DNA from: Patescibacteria group bacterium
Lineage (GTDB): Bacteria; Patescibacteriota; Microgenomatia; UBA10105; UBA927
Assembly (NCBI GenBank): GCA_038063875.1
Contig: JBBTUH010000001.1
Coordinates: 1-62,950 of the forward strand
Length of the DNA stretch: 62,950 nt
Direction: 5' to 3'
How positions within the stretch are numbered: position 1 is the first letter of the stretch; every line of letters starts with the position of its first letter. This document shows, piece after piece, positions 15,686-23,637 of the stretch. The translations under genes were made by a program, and so were the position numbers. The notes below the pieces were generated by a model. The model was not told the DNA's origin and did not search any database. It worked only from the letters and a program-made list of their open reading frames with translations.

Positions 15686-16567
15686 ATGAATGATATAACC
15701 CTAGATATAGCAAAAAGACATTTTGAAATTATAAAATCCCTCGACGAGAACGGATATGAGGCTTGGTCTGCAAGGGATCTCATGACACGTCTTGGATATG
15801 ATCGCTGGGAAAATTTTGAACGAGTTATACGAAAAGCAATACAGGCTTGCGAAAACTCTGGTATGAATTCTATGGGACAGTTTCGTGACGTCACGAAAGA
15901 AGTCAAAGGTTCAAATGGAGCAACATTTTTAACAAAAGATTATCGTCTTACACGATATGCTTGTTACTTAATTGCACAAAATGGTGATCCTACAAAAGAA
16001 CAAATAGCACTCGCTCAAACATACTTTGCACTACAGACTAGACAACAAGAACTTGCACAAGAAAATGCAAATGAACTTGAAAGATTGACAGCTCGAGAAA
16101 AATTAACCACAACGGAAAAAAAATTTTCTGGGGTCATGTTCAGCCAAGGCATAAAAGGTGAGGGCATTGCTCGAATTAGAGCCCGAGGAGATAAAAGACT
16201 TTTTGGTGGAAAGACTACAGATGATATGAAACGAAAATTGAATGTTCCATCAAAAAGACCGCTCGCCGATTTTTTACCCACCATTACTATTAAGGCTAAA
16301 GACTTAGCTACTGAAATGACCACTTTCAAAACAAAGGAAAAAGGACTTAAATATGAAGAGCCAATTGCAACAACCCATGAAGCTCATAACTCTAGCGTAA
16401 GACAGGCATTAGTTAACCAAGGTATTCAGCCAGAAAATTTACCTAAAGAAGAGGATATTAAAAAACTAGAAAGAAAAATAAAGAGTGATCAAAACAAATT
16501 GATATCTACTAAAAATAAACTGGTTAAAAAGGAAAGGAAACATATATGGAAAACGCTGAAAAGTTAG
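15686..16567 (+). CDS. dinD: DNA damage-inducible protein D (DinD)-like protein
   Basis: The N-terminal 120 aa are collinear with E. coli DinD as recalled: WSARDL...LGY..W.NF..VI.KA..AC..SG, LTRYACYLIAQNGDPTK, AQTYFALQTRQQEL. The 3' end overlaps thrS by 22 nt. Confidence 0.7.
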   Translation: MNDITLDIAKRHFEIIKSLDENGYEAWSARDLMTRLGYDRWENFERVIRKAIQACENSGMNSMGQFRDVTKEVKGSNGATFLTKDYRLTRYACYLIAQNGDPTKEQIALAQTYFALQTRQQELAQENANELERLTAREKLTTTEKKFSGVMFSQGIKGEGIARIRARGDKRLFGGKTTDDMKRKLNVPSKRPLADFLPTITIKAKDLATEMTTFKTKEKGLKYEEPIATTHEAHNSSVRQALVNQGIQPENLPKEEDIKKLERKIKSDQNKLISTKNKLVKKERKHIWKTLKS

Positions 16568-18303
16568 AACACCTTAGACATTCCTGTGCGCATCTTTTGG
16601 CGGCTGCTGTAATGGAATTGTATCCTGATGCCAAGCGCACAATCGGTCCTTCTATTGAAAATGGCTTCTATTATGATTTCGATTTTTCGGATACAAAAGT
16701 TTCAGAAGCAGATTTTGAAAAAATTGAGCAAAAAATGCACGAGCTGGTCAAAAACTGGAAAGGCTTTGAACGCATAGAATCCAACAAAGATGAGGCAATA
16801 GAGTTTTTCAAAGATAATACATACAAGAAAGAACTTATTGAGGAATTTAGTGCTGAGGAGCAAACGCTGACACTTTATAAATCCGGCGACTATACCGATC
16901 TTTGTCGCGGAGGGCATAGTCCGCACCCAAATAACGATCTTAAACACTTCAAACTTCTCTCTGTGGCAGGTGCATATTGGCGGGGGAGCGAGAAAAACAA
17001 GATGCTTACTCGTATCTACGGCACGTGCTTCCCGAAAAAAACAGACCTTGATGCATATCTTGTACAACAAGAAGAAGCCAAGAAACGCGACCACAAAAAG
17101 TTAGGAGCAGAGCTTGATCTTTTTGTCTTTTCTGACCTTGTCGGAAAAGGATTACCACTCTGGACCGCAAAAGGAGCAACAGTACGCCGTATTCTTGAAC
17201 GCTTTATTGTAGATGAGGAAATTAAACGCGGATATAGTCATGTCTATACACCAGATATAGCAAACCTCTCATTATATAAAACATCTGGTCATTATCCGTA
17301 TTACAAAGACACGATGTACGCGCCGATAACGATTGAAGAAGAAGAATATATGCTTCGCCCCATGACGTGTCCCCACCACTTTGAGCTATATAAATCACAG
17401 CCGCATAGCTACAAAGAGCTACCCATTCGCTACGCAGAAATAGCCAAGCTCTACCGTTTTGAAAAATCAGGAGAATTATCAGGACTTATGCGCGTACGGA
17501 GTTTTTGTCTGGCAGATGCGCACATCATCGCCACAAAATCTCAAGCTACCGACGAAATAAACGGTGTCCTTGATCTTATCGACTTTGCGGCAGAAAGTTT
17601 CGGTCTCAAACAACGGGTAAACTACCGATACCGATTGTCATTAGGCGATAGAACTGATGATAAAAAGTATTACAAAGATGACAAATCGTGGGAACAGGCA
17701 GAAAAGGTTCTTCGAAACGTTCTCATTTCAAGAAAAGCAGAGTATTACGAAGCGGAAAATGAAGCTGCCTTTTATGGACCAAAAATAGACGTGCAGATGA
17801 AAAATATTCACGGCAAAGAGGAAACCGCATTTACCGTGCAATATGACTTTGTCATGCCAAAACGATTTAAACTCGAATATACGACAGACACTGGAGCCAA
17901 AGAAGAACCTATTGTCATTCACCGATCGTCTATAGGGGCCATTGAGCGCACCATTGCATTTTTAATCGAGTTTTATGGCGGCGCATTCCCGCTTTGGTTA
18001 GCACCTACCCAAGTAGCCGTGATTCCTATAGCAGAACGTCACAATGAAGCAGCCCTCACGGCGCTTGAGGCATTAAAACAGGCAGGGATTCGCGCCGAAG
18101 CTGATACCAAGGGAGAGCCTATGGGAGCAAAAATACGAAGTCACACATTGCAAAAAATACCATATATGGCTATAATTGGGGATACGGAAACAGCATCAAA
18201 CACTGTTTCTGTGCGTACAAGATGTGGTGAGGAGCTAAAGGATATATCCATTAGCGAGTTCATCACCAAGTTAACTGACGAGATTGAAAGGAAAACAACT
18301 TAA
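16546..18303 (+). CDS. thrS: threonine--tRNA ligase, starting at the editing (SAD) domain with no TGS/N1 domain
   Basis: Editing motifs HSCAHLL and CRGGH are present, followed by a class II core and an anticodon-binding domain. Confidence 0.9.
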   Translation: MENAEKLEHLRHSCAHLLAAAVMELYPDAKRTIGPSIENGFYYDFDFSDTKVSEADFEKIEQKMHELVKNWKGFERIESNKDEAIEFFKDNTYKKELIEEFSAEEQTLTLYKSGDYTDLCRGGHSPHPNNDLKHFKLLSVAGAYWRGSEKNKMLTRIYGTCFPKKTDLDAYLVQQEEAKKRDHKKLGAELDLFVFSDLVGKGLPLWTAKGATVRRILERFIVDEEIKRGYSHVYTPDIANLSLYKTSGHYPYYKDTMYAPITIEEEEYMLRPMTCPHHFELYKSQPHSYKELPIRYAEIAKLYRFEKSGELSGLMRVRSFCLADAHIIATKSQATDEINGVLDLIDFAAESFGLKQRVNYRYRLSLGDRTDDKKYYKDDKSWEQAEKVLRNVLISRKAEYYEAENEAAFYGPKIDVQMKNIHGKEETAFTVQYDFVMPKRFKLEYTTDTGAKEEPIVIHRSSIGAIERTIAFLIEFYGGAFPLWLAPTQVAVIPIAERHNEAALTALEALKQAGIRAEADTKGEPMGAKIRSHTLQKIPYMAIIGDTETASNTVSVRTRCGEELKDISISEFITKLTDEIERKTT

Positions 18304-18835
18304 GTTTTACAAGATCAATTATCAAATCCAAAGTCCGACGATTCGGCTACTGGATGATAAAGGTGCACAAATCGGCATCGTTTCTAAAATTGAGGCGTTG
18401 CAGAAGGCCAAGGAGCTTGGGCTAGACGTAGTGGAAGTAGCATCCAGTGCTAAGCCACCTGTCGCCAAGCTCATAGATTACAAGAAATTTAAGTATCAAG
18501 AAGCCAAAAAAGAACAGGAAAGCAAAAAAACACAGAAAAATGTAGGGGTCAAAGAAATTCGTCTGCGTCCGTTTATCGGTCAACACGACTTTGATACGAG
18601 ACTAAAACGTGCCAAAGAGTTTTTAGACGATGGCAATCAAGTCAAAATAACCGTGTTGTACAAAGGTCGAGAATTAGGCCGCAAGCAATTTGGATTTGAA
18701 GTTCTGACACGATTTATCAAAGACCTCGGCGTCATAAAGGTTGTACGAGAACCGAGAATGGAAGGCAGATCACTTGCAGCGATGGTCGTCAATGATAAAA
18801 AGGGCGAAGGAGAAGAAGAAAAAATTAACACATAA
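18284..18835 (+). CDS. infC: translation initiation factor IF-3
   Basis: INYQIQSPTIRLLDDKGAQIGIVS...LGLDVVEV...PPVAKLIDYKKFKYQ is typical of IF-3. The start is non-ATG (TTG at 18284, exact start uncertain) and overlaps the thrS stop. Confidence 0.9.
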   Translation: MKGKQLKFYKINYQIQSPTIRLLDDKGAQIGIVSKIEALQKAKELGLDVVEVASSAKPPVAKLIDYKKFKYQEAKKEQESKKTQKNVGVKEIRLRPFIGQHDFDTRLKRAKEFLDDGNQVKITVLYKGRELGRKQFGFEVLTRFIKDLGVIKVVREPRMEGRSLAAMVVNDKKGEGEEEKINT

Positions 18836-18839
18836 CTAT

Positions 18840-19043
18840 ATGCCAAAAATGAAAACAAAAAAGATGGTCGCCAAGCGGTTTAAGGTAACCGGTACGGGCA
18901 AACTCATGCACCGCGTGCAAGGGGCGCGGCATTTGCGCAGAAAAAAGAGCAAAGTGAGACAGAGACGACAAGACAACCCGAAACAACTCGCACAAAATTT
19001 CGTGACGAACATAAAATCATTTTTGCCATATACCGGCTACTAA
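18840..19043 (+). CDS. rpmI: 50S ribosomal protein L35
   Basis: MPKMKTKKMVAKRFKVTGTGKLMHRVQGARHLRRKKS. ORF 18741..19043 trimmed to the ATG at 18840. Confidence 0.9.
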   Translation: MPKMKTKKMVAKRFKVTGTGKLMHRVQGARHLRRKKSKVRQRRQDNPKQLAQNFVTNIKSFLPYTGY

Positions 19044-19053
19044 GGAGAACCAT

Positions 19054-19404
19054 ATGCGCGTTACACGAGGAGTGACTAGTAAAGCAAAGCATAAAAAAAT
19101 ATTTGTCGCCAACAAAGGCTACAGAATGACCAATCGTCGATTGATCTCTGTGGCGACAGAGGCATATCTTCACGCAGGGGAATATGCATTCGCAGGTCGC
19201 AAAAACAGAAAAAGGGATTTCAGACAGCTTTGGATCACACGTATTGGGGAAGCAGTCAAACTTCAAGGTCTCTCCTACAACGGATTCATCCACAACTTAA
19301 AAGTTGCCAACATAGATCTTGATCGCAAATCTTTGGCACATCTTGTGACAGAGCATCCAGAAGCCTTTGCCGCTGTCGTTGACGAAATACGAACGGTGAA
19401 CTAA
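19054..19404 (+). CDS. rplT: 50S ribosomal protein L20
   Basis: MRVTRGVTSKAKHKKIF...GRKNRKRDFRQLWITRI is typical of L20. Confidence 0.92.
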   Translation: MRVTRGVTSKAKHKKIFVANKGYRMTNRRLISVATEAYLHAGEYAFAGRKNRKRDFRQLWITRIGEAVKLQGLSYNGFIHNLKVANIDLDRKSLAHLVTEHPEAFAAVVDEIRTVN

Positions 19405-19506
19405 AATACCAATATGACAAACCAAAAACAATTTTTTACATTCTTCTTTACTCGCCTAGAGCGGGTATCTTTGGATGCATAAAACCTATTTAAAAATAAG
19501 CACCAA

Positions 19507-19531
19507 GATCCCGCGAGAGCGGGATTTTTTG
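19507..19531 (+). terminator. rho-independent terminator after the infC-rpmI-rplT operon
   Basis: Hairpin ATCCCGC-GAGA-GCGGGAT (19508-19525) followed by a T-run to 19530. Confidence 0.7.
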
Positions 19532-19606
19532 TGCTATGAAGTCAATCAATCATCTCCAAACACAATAATTCCGCTTAACGGATTATGTTGAAAGGAGGTG
19601 AAAAAT

Positions 19607-19810
19607 ATGACCATTAAAGACAAGCTTAATGCGGCCCGAACCAGAATCGAATTAATTTCGATCGGTAAAAAAATTCATCAATCAATTGATGAATCTCTCA
19701 GGCCATCATTACAACAAATGATTAACGAACAAAAGGTTGCATTGTGGAGCGGGAATCATCGACGAGCAAGACAAAATCAAAAGATAACATTGCAGAGACT
19801 AAATAGGTAG
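19607..19810 (+). CDS. hypothetical small basic protein (67 aa)
   Basis: Strong Shine-Dalgarno AAAGGAGGTG lies 7 nt before the ATG at 19607; the ORF track opens at GTG 19598. No family recognised. Confidence 0.4.
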   Translation: MTIKDKLNAARTRIELISIGKKIHQSIDESLRPSLQQMINEQKVALWSGNHRRARQNQKITLQRLNR

Positions 19811-19892
19811 AAAATTATGAAGAGACCTGTCTGTCTGCAGGCGGGTCTCTTCTTGCCAACATTATAGTAAAAAAATTACAATGGAATAAGAT

Positions 19893-21701
19893 ATGACGGA
19901 ACTTTTGTACTTAAAAGACAGTTACCAACAAACTTGTGAAGCTACTGTTCTTTCAGTTGAGAAACGAGGAAGTCTTTGGGAAATAACACTTGATCAAACA
20001 GTGTTTTATCCCATCGGTGGAGGTCAACCATCTGATAAAGGAACAATTACAACAAAAAGTGCTAAAGCTAATGTCAAACATGTAAGACTCAAAAATGACG
20101 CTGTGATTCACGAATGCACGATCGATGGCACACTTACCGCTGGTGACAAAGTAGACTGCTCTATAGACTGGCCACTTCGTATTCACAACATGCGCGTCCA
20201 TAGCGCAGGACATATTGTGCATGAAGCGGTCAAACTCGTCGCTTCCCACCTCACGCCCGTAAAGGGTGAGCATGGTGATCACGCATATATCGCATACAAA
20301 GGAACACTGACTGCTGATCATTCATATAAAATAGAAAAAAAGGCAAATGAAATTGTTTCTCAAAACGTTTCACTAACGACAGAATTTGTCACACGAGAGG
20401 AATTAGAAAAACGTAGCTCATGGGTACCTGAACATTTACCGAAAAATAAACCACTGAGAATTTTGACCATTGGAGAATTTGCACCAATTCCAGATGGTGG
20501 TACACAAGTTGCCAAGTCCTCTGAAGTTGGAGAAATAACTATTGGCCAAATAATAAATGAAAACGAAGAAGTAAAAGTGTATTATTCAATACATAAAAAT
20601 GAAAGCACTGTTGAAATCAACGCTTTATTTTCATCTTCCACCCAACTCATCGGTGCACTCTTATCTGCCAAAGATGATGCGATAACAACAATTTCCGAAA
20701 GTGATAAACCGATTGATCTTCTCCGCATAGAAGTACTTGGTCCCAAAAGCGACTTCACCAATTTCACCAAACAAATGAAGTCGATAGCACCGGCCGATAG
20801 GCAAGCCGTGGGAGTCGTGATAAATGAAGTAAAAAATGGCATTGAAGAAGCGTTACGAAAAAGGCCGTCAGACGTCAGTCGTCAGACATCAGACAATAAT
20901 TGGATTGACGAAACTCAACCGGGTATTCGTCCCGTAGAAGGACATCTTCACATCGTCACACAAGCGATTATGGAAATTACCGATATATTTAACAAAATTG
21001 GATTTACTCGAGTCAGACACCCAGAAGTCGATTGGGATTACTATGCATTTGAATCTTTAAACATGCCTGACAATCACCCCGCGCGGGATGAATGGGAAAC
21101 GTTTTTTATAAACTATCCTGGGAAACCTACTAAAGATCCGCGAAAGCAAAAAATTGTTTTAACCCCGCACACCTCAAACGGACAGGTACGGGAAATGGAA
21201 AAGGGGAAACTTCCTATTCGCATGATTAACATCGCCAAGTGTTATCGTCGACAAATAGACGTCTCTCATACCCCAATGTTTCATCAATTTGAAGGACTCT
21301 ATATTGATAAAGATGTCTCTATTTCACATCTAAAAGGTGTGTTTGACTATTTTGTAAAACAATTTTACGGTCCTGACAGAACTATTCGACTCCGGCCTTT
21401 TCATTTTCAATTTACTGAACCATCATTTGAGGTAGATATAAACTGCGGTATTTGTCTTGGAAAAAGCATGTTACCAAACGGCCAAAAATGTAGACTATGT
21501 AAATCAGGATGGCTTGAAATGGCAGGAAGCGGCATGGTGCATCCAAATGTTTTGAAAGCCGGAGGAATAGATCCAAATGAATACTCAGGATTTGCCTTTG
21601 GCTGGGGAGTAGAGCGAGCATATACGATGAAAAACAATACACAAATTGATGACATTCGATTGATTTATAATAACGATATTCGATTTTTAGAACAATTTTA
21701 A
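19893..21701 (+). CDS. pheS: phenylalanine--tRNA ligase alpha subunit with an N-terminal AlaX/tRNA_SAD-like domain
   Basis: The C-terminal 270 aa or so are a canonical PheS class II core (NMPDNHPARDEWETFFI, FHQFEGL, GWGVERA). The N-terminal 230 aa or so resemble AlaX (FYPIGGGQPSDKGTI, HSAGHIVHEAV). Confidence 0.88.
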   Translation: MTELLYLKDSYQQTCEATVLSVEKRGSLWEITLDQTVFYPIGGGQPSDKGTITTKSAKANVKHVRLKNDAVIHECTIDGTLTAGDKVDCSIDWPLRIHNMRVHSAGHIVHEAVKLVASHLTPVKGEHGDHAYIAYKGTLTADHSYKIEKKANEIVSQNVSLTTEFVTREELEKRSSWVPEHLPKNKPLRILTIGEFAPIPDGGTQVAKSSEVGEITIGQIINENEEVKVYYSIHKNESTVEINALFSSSTQLIGALLSAKDDAITTISESDKPIDLLRIEVLGPKSDFTNFTKQMKSIAPADRQAVGVVINEVKNGIEEALRKRPSDVSRQTSDNNWIDETQPGIRPVEGHLHIVTQAIMEITDIFNKIGFTRVRHPEVDWDYYAFESLNMPDNHPARDEWETFFINYPGKPTKDPRKQKIVLTPHTSNGQVREMEKGKLPIRMINIAKCYRRQIDVSHTPMFHQFEGLYIDKDVSISHLKGVFDYFVKQFYGPDRTIRLRPFHFQFTEPSFEVDINCGICLGKSMLPNGQKCRLCKSGWLEMAGSGMVHPNVLKAGGIDPNEYSGFAFGWGVERAYTMKNNTQIDDIRLIYNNDIRFLEQF

Positions 21702-21702
21702 T

Positions 21703-23637
21703 ATGAATATCCTAATACCTGACAGTTGGCTTAAAAGATTTTTAATTACAAAGGCAACACCTAAACAACTTCAAAAATACTTGTCGCTCTGTGGTCCATC
21801 TATCGAAAGAATATATACAGACAAAGGCGAGCCTGTCTATGATATAGAAATTACGACCAACAGACCTGACGCTATGTCAGCGTATGGTGTCGCACGTGAA
21901 GCATCGGTCATTTTACCGCGCTTTGGTATAGCGGCTAAACTTATCGATGATCCATACCTACTTGAAAAAAAACATCTTCGTCCTACAGAAGAAAAACCAA
22001 TTCACATTGAAACAGATTCTCTATTAAATCCTCGGTGGACGAGCATCATACTTGATAATGTCTACGCTACTGATTCACCCAAATGGCTACAAGAATTGCT
22101 CACTAAAGCAGGAATTCGACCGATAAACACAGTGGTAGACGTCACCAACTATTTAATGATTGGATTCGGCCAACCGTGTCATGCATTCGACTATGACCGG
22201 ATAGGAAAGAAAAATGGCATCCCATGGATGAAACTGCGTGCTTCCAAAAAAGGTGAAAAGCTCAAAACATTGGATGGTAAATCCCACACTCTGTGGGGCG
22301 ACGACATCGTTATAGAAGATGGAACCGGCAAGCTTATGGATCTTTGCGGCATCATGGGTGGCGAGAGTTCATCGATTACCAAAGACACCAAAACCATTGT
22401 GTTATTTGTACAAACATACGAACCCGTGCACATACGAAAATCGATGATGAAACTCTCCCATAGAACAGATGCAGGATCACTGTTTGAAAAAGGAATAGAC
22501 AGTGAGCTCGTCTTACCAGTGTTATTACTCGGGATAGAGCTCTTGCAAGAAATAGCCGGTGGCAAAATTGCCAGTCCTGTAACGGACATATATCCTAAGC
22601 CCTACAAACCCCGTACCGTCACCTGCTCTCGAAAAAAACTAGACACATATCTTGGAAATACTCTTGAAACCAAACACATCAAAGATATTCTCGAAAGCTT
22701 AGGGCTTATTCCAACGATTACCCCGAAAACCATAACAGTACTTGTCCCAAGCTATAGGCGCGATATAGAAATTGACGTCGATATTATAGAAGAAATTGCG
22801 CGTATTTATGGTTATCACAACATACAAAATAGATTACCCGATGGTGAAATGCCAATCGTGATTGAAGATCCCACACTTCATTGGGAAGAAGAAATCAAAA
22901 TAAGACTTCGCGATTGGGGATATACAGAAACGTATACATACTCCATGCTATCCAAACAACAAATGGACGAATGGCAACTTGATTGTACAAAAGCATACAA
23001 AACCGAAAATCCATTATCCAACGAGTGGGTTTATATGCGTCCGACTCTAGTCCCAAGCGTGATATCAAGTGTAAAACAAAATATGTATCATAAAGAATCG
23101 CTTAAACTTTTTGAACTCAGTATAATTTATGAATATAGAGAACAAAACTTGCCTTTGGAACGACCAGTATTATGCGTCGCATGGACTGGAAATAAATATT
23201 TAGAAGCAAAAGGGTTGGCTGAAACAATTTTTAAACTCTTTGGCATTCCATTTCCTGACGCACTTGAAAAATATGGGTTCGTGAATGAAATTCATGATCA
23301 GGCAATTACAGTACTATATTTATATCTGGATATTTTCGTGAAAAATGCGTTACCAAAAAGGATGTTTACCCCCATTCCTAAATATCCAAGCGTTATGGAG
23401 GATCTTGCCTTTCTCGTACCGGAAAAATTTGCAATCGGTCCACTAATAACAACACTAAAAAATGCGAATCCTCTCATAGAATCCGTGACACTTCTCGATG
23501 CACACGAACATACACGAACACTTCACATTATTTATCAAGACAAAGAAAAAAATCTCACTTCAGAAGATGTTTTTCCTATTCGTGAGAAACTTATAAAGCT
23601 TGCAGATAAATCATTTGGTGTAACCCTTAAAACTTAA
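21703..23637 (+). CDS. pheT: phenylalanine--tRNA ligase beta subunit, short form lacking the EMAP-like tRNA-binding insert
   Basis: B1 N-terminus (IPDSWLKRFL...TNRPDAMSAYGVARE), B3_4 domain (VVDVTNYLMIGFGQPCHAFDYDRI), B5 (RRDIEIDVDIIEEIARIYGY) and a C-terminal FDX-ACB-like domain. Confidence 0.88.
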   Translation: MNILIPDSWLKRFLITKATPKQLQKYLSLCGPSIERIYTDKGEPVYDIEITTNRPDAMSAYGVAREASVILPRFGIAAKLIDDPYLLEKKHLRPTEEKPIHIETDSLLNPRWTSIILDNVYATDSPKWLQELLTKAGIRPINTVVDVTNYLMIGFGQPCHAFDYDRIGKKNGIPWMKLRASKKGEKLKTLDGKSHTLWGDDIVIEDGTGKLMDLCGIMGGESSSITKDTKTIVLFVQTYEPVHIRKSMMKLSHRTDAGSLFEKGIDSELVLPVLLLGIELLQEIAGGKIASPVTDIYPKPYKPRTVTCSRKKLDTYLGNTLETKHIKDILESLGLIPTITPKTITVLVPSYRRDIEIDVDIIEEIARIYGYHNIQNRLPDGEMPIVIEDPTLHWEEEIKIRLRDWGYTETYTYSMLSKQQMDEWQLDCTKAYKTENPLSNEWVYMRPTLVPSVISSVKQNMYHKESLKLFELSIIYEYREQNLPLERPVLCVAWTGNKYLEAKGLAETIFKLFGIPFPDALEKYGFVNEIHDQAITVLYLYLDIFVKNALPKRMFTPIPKYPSVMEDLAFLVPEKFAIGPLITTLKNANPLIESVTLLDAHEHTRTLHIIYQDKEKNLTSEDVFPIREKLIKLADKSFGVTLKT

